A program made the position numbers and the translations under genes. From Lobosporangium transversale (taxonomy: Eukaryota), in contig NW_019028981.1 of assembly GCF_002105155.1 (NCBI RefSeq), positions 558,001 through 622,000 of the forward strand: 64,000 nt of DNA, read 5' to 3'. The notes under the pieces were generated by a model. That model worked only from the letters and a program-made list of their open reading frames with translations, was not told the DNA's origin and did no database searches. Below, in pieces: positions 13,639 through 27,057 of the stretch; position 1 is the first letter of the stretch, and every line of letters begins with the position of its first letter.

Positions 13639-15825
13639 ATGGTTCAACTCGGCAGGAACAGGTCCTTGCCCGCACCAACAAGTTATGGAGCACCACTTCG
13701 GAAGGTCAAAACAAATGTCTTCTCATTTCCGACTCTCAATTTGACCAGAACTTCTAGTGAGAGGAGCTTTGCGACCATCAATGAGAAAGGCTCCACCTCA
13801 CGATCCTCCTCAAAATCCCGCTATTCTGGATCACATGCTCAAGTCCCTCTGGCGCCCATCATCACTGCAATTCAAAAGGGTAACTTTGTGATGTTGTCTG
13901 AGATGGACCTGGATGTTCTCGTCAAAGATATGACTGGCAAAGATTCCAAGGTTCTCGAGGCGCTCAACATCACATCCTCGTCGGTCTCGATATCTGATGC
14001 AAAGATCTTGGCTAAATTGATAAAGTCTTCAGATGCTCTCAACATTAAGTCACTCAAAATGGAGGGTAATATGATCAGTCAGCAGGCCAGCAAGTTGATG
14101 TTTGAAGCATGGAAATTTAACAAGACCATTTCAACACTGAGTTTGGCACGATCAGGTGTGAATGACAAGACGATCAAGTACCTGGCACGCGTCATAGTAA
14201 AGAATGAGTCTCTAAAAACATTGGACCTATCTGGTAACCTAATCACCTCAGAGGGAGCTGAGATTTTGGCTGAAGCCATGATTCATAATCGTGGTGTAAC
14301 ACGATTATGTTTACAATCCAACAAAATCAAAAAAGCTGGAGCTCCGTTCATTGCCAAAATTCTATCCAAAAACAGGGTCATTCGGCACATGAACATTGGA
14401 TCCAATGGACTGGGAGTTGAGGGTATCATACACATTGCAGAGGCGGTCAGGTTTAATCGGACATTATACTCCTTGAGCTTGGATATGAACGAGATGGGAC
14501 CCAAGGGCGCCTCAGCCATTGCTACAGCTTTGATCTCTAATCGACACCTGACTCATTTGTACATACCACACAATAATATTGGTGACAAGGGCCTGGCAGA
14601 CATTTGTGAGAGTCTCAAGAAGAACCAATATCTTATCAGTCTTGACTTAGAACTCAATAACATAGGCCAGGGACAATCGGCTGTGGGACTGAAAGCACTA
14701 GCAGACGTTCTTAAAATCAATACGACCCTCCGTGAACTCAACTTGTCGTATAACTTGTTCTCTTCGGACGCAGTTAAGGAGCTGACCGCTGGAATGGCAA
14801 TGAACTCAACATTGGAGAGTGTCGTTTTTACCAACTGTTGTCTATCGACTGATGCAGCGATTTATCTCTCCAAGGTCTTGTCTACCCCAACAGGGCTTCA
14901 AAACCTGGGTTTGATCAATAATCCAGATATTGGAGTGGACGGTTACTGGGCTCTGGCTTCGCATCTTATTAAAAACCGGTCCCTTAAAGGAATTCAATTG
15001 GACTACAACTCTGAGGATCGTCAGGCACTTTACGAAACCTTCCAGAACTCATTGACCAGGAACCATATCTGGCAACAGGCCATTTACGCAGCCGCCTGTC
15101 GTATCCTGGTCCTTTCCAGAATTGTTCTTTTGGGCCGTCCTGCAAACCAGAAACAACTTCATCTTCAACAGCAGCATCATATCCAACAACACAACAATCA
15201 GCACTATCATGGATGGAACATCTTTCGACGTGTTAAATTGGGCAGAAGTAACTCATCTAACTCATTGGCCTCATTGTTGTCAATTGGGAAAAGCGGTGCT
15301 AGCCATCTGGGAAATGGAAATCATGTTGCTCCACAGTCTAACGGTGCAGATGGCGATGGTGCTGAAGGAGAAGTTGGGTCTAATATGAGTCACGATAACT
15401 CAACATCACGACAATCTTCAAGTTCGCGTCACTTACATAGAGGATCAATATCGAGCTTTTCGACCATTGCTGATCATCATCATCACCCTCACCATCACCA
15501 ACAGAACAAGCAAAGTCACATACTTTCAAACTCGACCGTGACCACACCAGTGGAGCCAACAGCAATCGAGTACAATCCGCATAGGATTTTGGCCAACCTA
15601 GTAAACATGCCTCACGAGATCTTTGAGAACATTTGTGCGTTTATGGATCCAGGCCGTACCATGAGCATTGCCCAAGTGCGTGCAACTGTTCAAGCTGCCG
15701 GCGATAGGAAAACATTAGCGCGTTATTATACCCGAGAGAAGATGTTGGAGCGGATCTTCAACAGTCGCTATATCTCGCCCAATGGCACACGCTATGGCCT
15801 CAAACCGGGCGATGAGCGAATCTAA
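13639..15825 (+). CDS. RNI-like leucine-rich-repeat protein, 728 aa
   Basis: Uninterrupted ORF with about ten 28-aa repeats (e.g. LKTLDLSGNLITSEGAEILAEAM) and a His/Ser-rich tail. Probable 5'UTR intron at 13423-13578. Confidence 0.88.
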   Translation: MVQLGRNRSLPAPTSYGAPLRKVKTNVFSFPTLNLTRTSSERSFATINEKGSTSRSSSKSRYSGSHAQVPLAPIITAIQKGNFVMLSEMDLDVLVKDMTGKDSKVLEALNITSSSVSISDAKILAKLIKSSDALNIKSLKMEGNMISQQASKLMFEAWKFNKTISTLSLARSGVNDKTIKYLARVIVKNESLKTLDLSGNLITSEGAEILAEAMIHNRGVTRLCLQSNKIKKAGAPFIAKILSKNRVIRHMNIGSNGLGVEGIIHIAEAVRFNRTLYSLSLDMNEMGPKGASAIATALISNRHLTHLYIPHNNIGDKGLADICESLKKNQYLISLDLELNNIGQGQSAVGLKALADVLKINTTLRELNLSYNLFSSDAVKELTAGMAMNSTLESVVFTNCCLSTDAAIYLSKVLSTPTGLQNLGLINNPDIGVDGYWALASHLIKNRSLKGIQLDYNSEDRQALYETFQNSLTRNHIWQQAIYAAACRILVLSRIVLLGRPANQKQLHLQQQHHIQQHNNQHYHGWNIFRRVKLGRSNSSNSLASLLSIGKSGASHLGNGNHVAPQSNGADGDGAEGEVGSNMSHDNSTSRQSSSSRHLHRGSISSFSTIADHHHHPHHHQQNKQSHILSNSTVTTPVEPTAIEYNPHRILANLVNMPHEIFENICAFMDPGRTMSIAQVRATVQAAGDRKTLARYYTREKMLERIFNSRYISPNGTRYGLKPGDERI

Positions 15826-16184
15826 GTCCAAAGGAAAAGAAAGATGATTCATTTCTGTCTTTCTAGTTTTATTTTATTTTTTTATTATTTTCGAGCTTGT
15901 ATTTTTTTTTTTTTTTGCATCCACCTTTCTTTCAGTCTTTGCTTTTTTTCTTTTTCTTTTTTTTTTAACTTGTTGCATACAAAAAACACTCCTTGGCATA
16001 ATCTACAACTCATATACTCGTACACGATAAAAAAAAAATAAAAATAAAAAGTAAAAAATAACACTCCTTATGACCAATATCTGATGCTTCCTTCTAAATA
16101 GGCATCAATGAATTCTTGCGAATTGATACATTTGTATATTTGTATTTTATAAATGTACATGTCTAATTATTATTGCTATTTCTT

Positions 16185-17958
<1,774 letters not shown>

Positions 17959-18361
17959 GTCTTTTTTTATGGAAAGTGAGTGGACTGAGGTAAAGAGAAG
18001 TGAAACAAAGAAGAAAAAAGGAACAGAAGCAACTTTTATGGGTGAATAATAAGGTTTGGCGGATAGAAATCGGAGATCTGTATTCCACGAATTACAGTTG
18101 GGCCCGTCGATTTACCAACCCACATGTAGAACCTCTGTAAAATGAAGTATAGTCGTACACCAACATGGCTTTGAATGTGGTGTCCTAGTGCCTGAAAATG
18201 ATGATTGATAAATGAAGCATATATTCTATCCATCATTGAATCAACAACGTGACAACTCCATCCAGAAACAAAGATAACGTCCTTTTTTTTTTTTTGGATT
18301 GTTTTTTATGGATGAAAAGAAGATGATGAAATCTATACAAAAATTGCTTGTTTTGCTTTAT

Positions 18362-19805
18362 TTATTCCTCATCATCAGCCGTCTTCTTAGCAGCCGACTT
18401 CTTCTCTTCCTCAACACCGGTGGCACGAGTGTAGATCCACTGGGCGCCGTGGGTGGAGACAGGGACAATGTGACCCAACTTGACCAACTCGCGGATAGCA
18501 TTACGGGCAAGAGAGCCGTTAATGCGGAGACGGTCAACCAAGACGGAGGGCGAGACCAACTTGTAAGTAGGGACCTCCTTCATGAGCTTGTCGTAGGTAG
18601 CCTTGTCAAGGATGACAGCGTTGTTGGCCTTATCCTTGACCTTTCCCTTGGACCATTTCTATAATACACATTATATGCAAAATATAGGATAATGAAACTT
18701 AATTTAGTTTGGGGAATCTTCACACTTTTTGTATTACGTGTTGCGCACCGACAAGCTGAGCCATTCATGTAGTATCTTTGATTTTTTGGCGTCCATGAAT
18801 ATTATTGATCATAGTGAACTGTTAGGCAATATTACAAGGGAGTGCCAATTTGGAAACGAATCATGGAAAACAACACCGATGAACTCACACCTCTCATTCA
18901 TCGTAAAAGTCTCGCCTGCCACGACTATGGCTGTAACTTTCTTTTTTGATACTCCCGACTACAGATCTGTTTTTATCCAATGTCCATGCCATGTTTTTCC
19001 TTTTACCTTTTTCTTGGCTTTGCCACCCGAAGATGACGAAGGCTTGGCAGCGACGTCCTTTTTGGCCTATAAATTTTGAGTAAATAAAAAAAATGCATAA
19101 AAAAGTGATGTCAGTGTATAGATCACGAAAAAAAAAAAAAAAAAAAAAAAAAGCCGGAAGCCCCAGAATCAGGACAAAGAATCAGTGTCAGACAAGCCGT
19201 GTAAGGAGACACTCAGTTGTTGACAACTGTCCAGAAGTCCAAACTGCACTCTTCAACTTTAGATCTAGATCCCGAGCCTGATCCTGATCCTGATCTGAAA
19301 AAGATGAGTTCATAGTCTTTGTTATATCTCAACACTGTCCAAACACCAAGAATAAAGCTCGGGATAAGTGTAGCCCTGTTGTAAGTAATAAATGAGCTGA
19401 GCCTTGTGGATTCTAAGGATAAGTTTTCCTTCAAGACAGCCATAAACAGTCCATCTGTAGACCATTGATCGCAGCAATAACACTGGAGGCGTATAGATGG
19501 AGGAAGTATTGATAGCTGGTCCAGATTAATTGCGTTATAAACATTAAGTCAAACCCAAGCAGTCGCTTAATCCAGTTCCATTTCTTTCAACGCTGATGAG
19601 ATTGTTTTTTTTTCTTTTTTTCAATTCGAAAAAGTAGCTGAATAATAATGATTCCTGAAGACGCAAATAAAACCGCACACAAAAAGAGTTGGATGGATTG
19701 ATGGATCGATCGATATAATGGATTGGATGGAAGTCAATATCCACTTCCCATCCGCCACAGTCTCAGAGCCTATTAATTTTTTGGTAGTAGCCAGCGACTA
19801 ACCAT
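18362..19805 (-). CDS. RPS25: 40S ribosomal protein S25 (eS25); exons 19805-19803 (ATG only), 19066-19007, 18658-18362
   Basis: [59 protein letters not shown] is diagnostic. The start exon is inferred from CACAATG|GTTAG and is less certain. Confidence 0.95.
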
Positions 19806-19988
19806 TGTGATTGTAAGAGAGGGTTTCTTACGATCCACGGCCTGCAGACTGCCTTATTCCTCTTCCAGTCACGTTATTTACCTTTAATTCCTCAAATATG
19901 TTATTTCCTTCGCTAATTCAATCAAAGTTGATTTCTCGGTGGTTTTTTAGCATCTCATTCACTCACAACACACTCAAACAAAGGAACG

Positions 19989-22769
19989 ATGCCAAAGCCG
20001 CATCTTGGAAGGGGTGCAGCAGTAAGGGGAATGCCAATAGCAGGACATTCATGGTCATGGTCATGGCCAAATCATACTCGGGAACATAGATTAGCGGTAG
20101 CTTCAAACCATGTCGTTGACTTTTTCGATCGCCATTGGAGCGCCGTCATTCAGTTCTCAGCACGGCATCTCTTCTGCTCCGCTCACGCGGCCACAACACA
20201 AGCAACAGCAACAGCATCAGCGACACGACAAGCACGGGGATATAGATCGTCATTCTTTCAGGCAGCTCGCAAAGACAGGATTTTGCTTCAATCCTCACTT
20301 CCGAAAACGAGTACCTTGTTGACCCCACGAAGATTCTCGTCGACTGCAGAAGCAATCTGTTCCGACTCACCTCCTTCAAAATCATCACCAACGTCAATAT
20401 CAAAAACCTCATTGGACTACTCTCCCTCAAGACACGATGGACATTATTCACAACAGCATCAACGCCATCATCGTCTTCGACGCCAACATAGCAAAACAGA
20501 TCAGCAATCCTCGACACTAGATCCATCCACTCTCTCACATACTCCAGGATCATCATCTTCAACCTCGATATCTAAACCGTTCGCAGCAACCGCGGTGAAT
20601 ATCTCGGACTCCAGGAAGACTATCATAGTGAAGGACGAGATGGGTCGACTTAAAATCACAGACACCTCTTCAATAGAGCCGGTATCAGACATTTATGACG
20701 ATGACTTTAATGATCGCAATCTGCGCAATGTCCTGACAGAGGCTTCATCCAGTTCGTCGTTGTCACTGCCAACAAGATCAGATATCTCCAAAGGACCTGA
20801 CCATTCAACATGCACGCGTTTTACTGGCCCATCGATGTTATCTTCAAAATCTGACATGGCTTCTGAACACGACCACACTCCTACATCACCGTCACCATTA
20901 CCGCCATCATTAAAGAAACCATCGGGTCTAACAGTGACACTAGAGCCCACATCGAGCCCATCGTCACTCTCACTCTCTCCCGCCCAATTGTCCACACTGT
21001 CACAATCTTCTCCCTCCATTTCGGCGACCCTACCTACAGTAACAAAAGCACGATCTACCACTTTCCATTCTGACAAATCCGGGCCTTGGCATTTCCCAAC
21101 TACGACCGGCTTTTTAGATCAAAGTGCAAGTGCGTTAGGCAATGTTGACCAGTATGGACACCTTATTCCTGCTGAGCACGTTATGTCTTGGACCTCTACT
21201 TCTGATGCTCTATCTCGATTTTATGCTTCACTAAATCAACTTTGTTCCTTATCAGGCGCAGACAATAACTGTCTTAGTGCGAATAATGACAACAAAAAAG
21301 CCACAGGAGCGACAACAAGGTTTATACTTCGGTCAGCACTAGTCCATTACAATTTTCTGAGTCGTCTACAATCCACATTCGATACAATCCTGATTCCTAG
21401 AAGAGACACTCGAGCTCTATTCCTGCTTCAGGGGCGGGAGCCCAAGACAAGAGCTAATTTGAAACAGTTGCTCAGGATTGCCATGGATTTGGTTTGGTTG
21501 AATGAAAAGGAGCGAAAAAAGATCAAAAAGCATGGAGTATTGTTTTCTTCTTACCGTCATAACAACAATCACGCCAAACCAGGTTTTGCCCCTCATCTGA
21601 TGAGTGGCGACTACCATGGATTAAGGGTCTCTGAGTATACCATCCTGATGGATTGGATCGGATCTGTCCCTCCATCCCCACAAGAAAAGAAAATATTGTA
21701 TAAGCCTTCCTCCTTTGCGTCGTCTACAGCCAGCTCTTTAGATGCTTCTTCAACGAATCCTCCAAGTTCAGAACAAGCAACAGCAGCGGCAATACCTGCA
21801 GCAGCAAAAGTCACCGACACAATAGCAATGACAGCGGTGGACAGGATCTGGGGGATTTGGCAAGACTTCTTACTCACGGGTATGAAGCCCGATGTGGTCC
21901 TTTACACTGCTTTGATGGATGCGTTGCTCAATGCCAAGGACTTTGAACGCGCGGATCAAATATGGAATCACATGCATCAAGTTCATCAGAAAAACCAAGA
22001 CCATGAACACCATCCTAACTATAATGCAGACCGTCTTAAGCCCATCCCACAACGACAGCAACAAAATCACCAAGAAAAGTGTCCTAATGTTGTCACTCCC
22101 AATACGCAGACACTCTCTGTTCTGATGCAGGCCCATGTCCTTAAGCGTGATCCTGAAGGAGTTGCACAGATCTATAAGGAAATCATTCGATCATCGACTG
22201 CTGCAACAGCAAGCACGGATATGGATGCAATCATAGCCTCAAAGGATCCTTTGTCAGCCCAAAGGGATGATGAATGTCAACAACATCACCTTTCGAGACA
22301 AACGTTGCCAGCAGAAGGCCTGGCCCGTCATACCAATACCGTACTGTTGAATCAGATCTTGAAAGTCCTTGTGGACTATGGAGAAGCCAGTGCTGCCAAG
22401 GAGATCTATGCAGAGATGAGGCTAAGCCCTAGCGGCAGTCATAGCCCTAGTGCACAGCGTGTCAGCATTACCGACAACAATTATAGCGATGAGAGTGGCG
22501 CCGATAACAATGACAATGGTAAATATACCCATACAACACAAAATCCATCGTCAGTCCCATCAGCATCAGCTCTCCCATTTTTCAGACCAGCACTTCCTCT
22601 ACATCACCAGACTTTTATGCGCCGATCGAACTGGATACATCAAATTCATCGCCAATCCGGAATTCGGCCTGACAAGGCTACTCACAACTTGATGCTTCAA
22701 TTGGCGAGACGAACAGGGGATCATGAACTCGAAAAAGTTGTTTTGCAGAATATGCAATCCTCAGAATAG
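19989..22769 (+). CDS. Pentatricopeptide-repeat protein, probably mitochondrial, 926 aa
   Basis: PPR-like motifs GMKPDVVLYTALMDALLNAKDFERADQIW, PNTQTLSVLMQAH, NTVLLNQILKVLVDYGEASAAKEIYAEM and GIRPDKATHNLMLQ. Arg/Ser/Ala-rich N-terminus. Confidence 0.75.
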   Translation: MPKPHLGRGAAVRGMPIAGHSWSWSWPNHTREHRLAVASNHVVDFFDRHWSAVIQFSARHLFCSAHAATTQATATASATRQARGYRSSFFQAARKDRILLQSSLPKTSTLLTPRRFSSTAEAICSDSPPSKSSPTSISKTSLDYSPSRHDGHYSQQHQRHHRLRRQHSKTDQQSSTLDPSTLSHTPGSSSSTSISKPFAATAVNISDSRKTIIVKDEMGRLKITDTSSIEPVSDIYDDDFNDRNLRNVLTEASSSSSLSLPTRSDISKGPDHSTCTRFTGPSMLSSKSDMASEHDHTPTSPSPLPPSLKKPSGLTVTLEPTSSPSSLSLSPAQLSTLSQSSPSISATLPTVTKARSTTFHSDKSGPWHFPTTTGFLDQSASALGNVDQYGHLIPAEHVMSWTSTSDALSRFYASLNQLCSLSGADNNCLSANNDNKKATGATTRFILRSALVHYNFLSRLQSTFDTILIPRRDTRALFLLQGREPKTRANLKQLLRIAMDLVWLNEKERKKIKKHGVLFSSYRHNNNHAKPGFAPHLMSGDYHGLRVSEYTILMDWIGSVPPSPQEKKILYKPSSFASSTASSLDASSTNPPSSEQATAAAIPAAAKVTDTIAMTAVDRIWGIWQDFLLTGMKPDVVLYTALMDALLNAKDFERADQIWNHMHQVHQKNQDHEHHPNYNADRLKPIPQRQQQNHQEKCPNVVTPNTQTLSVLMQAHVLKRDPEGVAQIYKEIIRSSTAATASTDMDAIIASKDPLSAQRDDECQQHHLSRQTLPAEGLARHTNTVLLNQILKVLVDYGEASAAKEIYAEMRLSPSGSHSPSAQRVSITDNNYSDESGADNNDNGKYTHTTQNPSSVPSASALPFFRPALPLHHQTFMRRSNWIHQIHRQSGIRPDKATHNLMLQLARRTGDHELEKVVLQNMQSSE

Positions 22770-22941
22770 AAAAGATTATAAACAAGTGACAAATAATGAA
22801 TATGCAAAATTTTCGTCGTTTATTAAATGCAAAGAGTAAGCAATTACTTTGTGTGTGTGAAAGTAATGTCCCTGCAAGAAAGAACCAATAAAAAAAACTA
22901 CCGTATGATAAAAAAAGGAGGTTGCAAGAATTTTTGTTTTT

Positions 22942-25900
22942 TTAAACATCTGCGTTCTCAACCGCACTTTCCTTCTTGGGTTCGTCTTTCCGCTCCACCA
23001 CTTGTGATTGAGGATTCTCCTCTCCATCCTGCACTACTTGCGATTGAGCGTCCTTCTCTCCATCCTTCATCATTTGTGATTGAGGATTCTTCTCTCTATC
23101 CTCCGTCATTTGTGATTGAGAATCCTCATCCTCCACCGCTTGTGATCGAGAATCCTCTTCTCCATGCTCCTCGGTTGCGTTAGAGGATACAGTAACACCA
23201 AAATCCACAGCAGGGGTGGGGGTAGTGCCTCTCGTTACCACAGGGCTTGTACTTCTAGCTTGGTTTTGAAATGAACGTAGGTTGTCTTCCATGGCCATAG
23301 CACTCAGCACCTCACTGCTATCACTACCTCTGCTGCTAATACTGCTTGTACGCACAATAGCAACGCGGCTTTGATCATCTGCAATCGTAGTCGAAGGACT
23401 GGCAGGCGCAAGGGGCGAAAGCGACGACGATTCGTTGTCGCGTTGGCTCCCCAATTCTCCGGATAAAGGTGGTGTCTCTCCATTATTACCATCATTGGAA
23501 GTAATGCTTTGCCATCCCATCTCTCTTCTACGCTCAAATTCCGCCTCGCTCTCATCATTTTGATCCGCTTGCAAAGACCAATTTGGCTTTACTTTACTCT
23601 CTTGCGCTACTTCGTTTGTATCTACATTTGTATCTGCTCCAGTATCGTCCTCGATCCTCGCCTCTTCCTCTGGAATTGAGCGATCATGTGACTGTGGCGT
23701 TTGATAGCCGGACCCTTCCTGTTGCTGCGTGTTCGTGGAGGACTGCACGCCTCGCTCCCATTCGGGACCACGGTTAACACTACTTCCTCGACTATACCCC
23801 CCTGTACCCTCACTATTATCATCTTCATGACGACTACCATCATAATCACTGTCCGTCCTTCCTCTTTGGTTTCCTTTCTGTCTAGTCGGAGCTGATGGAG
23901 TAAACGCTTTAGCTTTCTCCATGAAGCTCTGAAAATCATTCACTGTCGCTAGGATACCTGGCGTAGCCGAGTTTCCGCTCGAATGGGATGCTCTGTTAGT
24001 TGGCGATTGAGATGATGAACCACCTGACTCATCTGCGGCTGATGTAATCGATGGAGACATAGTGCCTGTAGGGTAGCTATTGCCATTAGCGCCTGTAGGG
24101 TTACTACTTAGCTTGGTTGCGCCCATTGAAGCTGCAGACCATGCTGAAATAGCGGATTCATGTCCAGGATTAGTGCTAACAAAGCGCCGCGCAGAAGGCT
24201 GCGCGGGACTATTAGGATCAGGTCCAGCTCGGAAATTATGTTGATGCGATTGCTGGCCTTGATCCCCACGACCCTCATTGCGTCTTCGTTGAGCTATTGC
24301 TCCATCGCGATCAGCTCCGCTTCTATAAGGTTCGTTATCGTATTGACCACCACCGCGAGGCTGCAATGCTCGATCACCATACGCCCGTGAAGTACTTGGA
24401 GCTGAACCACTGACTGCTGTTGCTCCACTGGCAGATGACATACCTCCGCTGACTGCTGTTGCTCCACTGCCTACCGAACTAAAGTTGCTCTGTACACTGT
24501 CTCGGCGGCTATTACTATTATTAAACCGTTCCTCTGAAGTCATAGCTCTACGTTCCTGAGCTGGAGGTGATGCAAATGTCGAGCTCCGCTGGTCACTAAT
24601 GCCGCCATATCCGCTCTGCGCCTGTGTGTCTAGTTGATGGGAATCCCTGGCAGGAGCTTTTCCACGGGTATCCGATGCACGCGGATACCCATCATCCGAC
24701 CGATACTCCCCTGCTACATTACCGCTGCCGCCACCTTCACCCATCCAGGAATTTTCAGTAAAGGCTCGCCTTCCTCCTCCATCTTTCTCATCAACGTCAT
24801 CATATTTGAATCCTTGCTGTTGAGATTCAGCCAAAGACTGATGAAGCTCTTGGCCCCGGGGAACGGGTCTGTCTGTTTTGAATGTGTCTCTCTGCGAAAA
24901 TTGATGTTGATGCTGTGAAGACCGCTGCTGCTGTATCCCTTGGGCTCCAATTAAAGGCATTGCCTTGGGTTTAGCCTCTTCAGGGAAGCCCTCAACTTTG
25001 CCGCTACTCCAGTCAACCATGGAGCCCACACTCTTTTGCCCTGGCGTAGCATCCCACCCTTTAGTACCTGGAGCAACCGACCATTGGTCGATAGCTGGCG
25101 CTGCAGCAGACGGCTTTTGGGACGTGGCGCCTGGAGTAATCGACCACTGATCAATGGCTGGGGCTGCAGCAGACGGCTTTTGGGACGTGGCGCCTGGAGT
25201 AATCGACCACTGATCGATCGCAGGCATCGCAGAAGATTGATTTTGAGATGCAGTTCCCGTATTATTCGCCGTACCGAAACCATCATTCGGTTGCGACGAG
25301 AGGCCACGAGTGGTTGACGTAGAGCCGTACCATTGTGGTTGCTCATCCTCCTGTGGAATATTTTGGGACCTGCTTGGTGCAGAAGTTTTGTCTAAATATC
25401 TTGCTCCTGTTCCATAGCCAGGAGCATTCGACCCGCGAGTGGGATCGTCTGAACGGGTCATACGCTGCTGTGGTGGATAGTGGTCTTGACTGTGTTGATG
25501 CTGTTTTGAAGATCCTCCGGCATTTGCAATAGAAGAACCAGTGCCTGAGACAGCTTTCAATAACGACGATGTATGCTCTGTAGGTGGCTGAGTATAGCCC
25601 GGCGAAGCTTTGTCTGTAGGATGCTTTCTAGTGACACGGACAATCTGAATACCGTTCCAGGTTGATTCATGGGGCAAGACATCGTCTTCCGTCGTTTGAG
25701 TAGCCATCTCACAGAATGTTTTGATTATTGTCACAGAGTGCTTAGTACCTGAGTAGTGCTAATCACATTAAGAAGAAAGTTAAAAAAAAATGCATTGCTC
25801 TCAGAGACAAAAAAAAAGAGACGCGTGACGAAGAGTTGGCTAAATACAGTCAATGTAGGCACATACGTCTGCCAAGCCGGTTTTGCGGTCAAGCTTGTCA

Positions 25901-26400
25901 TAAGTCTCATGGAAGTAAGTAGCCGAGGACTCAACCCCAACTGCAAAGGGGTCACTACTCTTGGCTTGCTGATACGCTTTGAGTGAATCGGTGGGGTTCT
26001 TAGGACGGGGTTCAGAAGAAGAATAATTTGTAGAGTCTCTTCCCTTACTATCATAATTATTATTGTTACTCTGATATTGTTTAGTATCGCTCGAATAGCG
26101 TCCAGGACCGCGATTATCACCACCACCAGAGCTATGAGTGAGGTAGCCATCACGAGAATTGGGGTATTCGCTCCGCGAGCTTGAAGAATAGTTTTGGTTG
26201 GAGCCACGCGAGAATGAGCTTCCTCGATCCATTCCACCGCCTCCTGGGCCACCATTTCTCCTGTTGCTTTGTGAAGCATTGTCATCGCGATCTTGGCGAC
26301 TATTATGATGGGCATAGTTCTGTCTGATATTGTTTGCTGAGAAGCGATGGCCGCTATTTTCATAGCCGCTAGAATTGTGGTAATCTCTGTCCATGGTCAA
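22942..26400 (-). CDS. Large low-complexity, probably disordered hypothetical protein; exons 26400-25867, 25758-22942
   Basis: A phase-0 intron (GTATGT...GATTAG) joins the 186-aa and 930-aa ORFs in frame. Rich in G/S/Q/R/N with scattered Trp motifs. Confidence 0.75.
23002..23165. repeat. Degenerate 36-bp coding tandem repeat, about 4.5 copies
   Basis: TTG(T/C)GAT(T/C)GAG units start at 23002, 23038, 23074, 23110 and 23140. They encode QSQxxEDGEE-like repeats on the minus strand. Confidence 0.8.
25068..25224. repeat. 63-bp coding tandem repeat (PAIDQWSITPGATSQKPSAAA, about 2.5 copies)
   Basis: Near-identical units are visible in both DNA and translation. Confidence 0.9.
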
Positions 26401-27057
26401 TGCAAGTTGTAGTCAGACAAGAGGAGAATGAGTTGGGACCATTCGACAAGACAAAATTTATTTTGAAAAAAAAAAAAAGCTTATTATTCTTATTGTTGTA
26501 ATATCATACGTACATTTATTGTTTTAACTCTGTTGTGAACATGGGTGCATATAAACTGACATGCCGTCCCTTGATTTGTTCCAGCACAGTACAAGTATGT
26601 CCTTAGCAGTGGCCTCAGGGCACACGTATCTCTTGATAATCCTTCCAGGACATAATCTTCCACCACTACATTCTCTGTGAAGATGATCCCCATACGATGT
26701 TATTCGTTTGTTTTATTTGCTTTCTATCTGTGTTATTGTAAAAGAACAGAGATGTCTTTTAATGGATGATCAAAGAAAGGGGTTGATTCATTTATCTCTA
26801 TGAATTTGCTCCAAGTCCTTAGCTTTCCCCAGGTCCCTCTCTTCTTGTTCACCGTGTGAAAAATAATAATAAAGAAAGTTTACATATCACATCCACGACC
26901 TTCATTAATGAGTATATGCTAAAGGCACGCATTTTTTTTTTTTTTTTAGAAAAATTGTTTAATGATTAATATATTAGCTGCAATAGTAAATAAATTGTAT
27001 TTTCATGAATTCGTTGCTATCTACAAAGCCTTTTTATCTTTTCTTTTTTTTTACATT

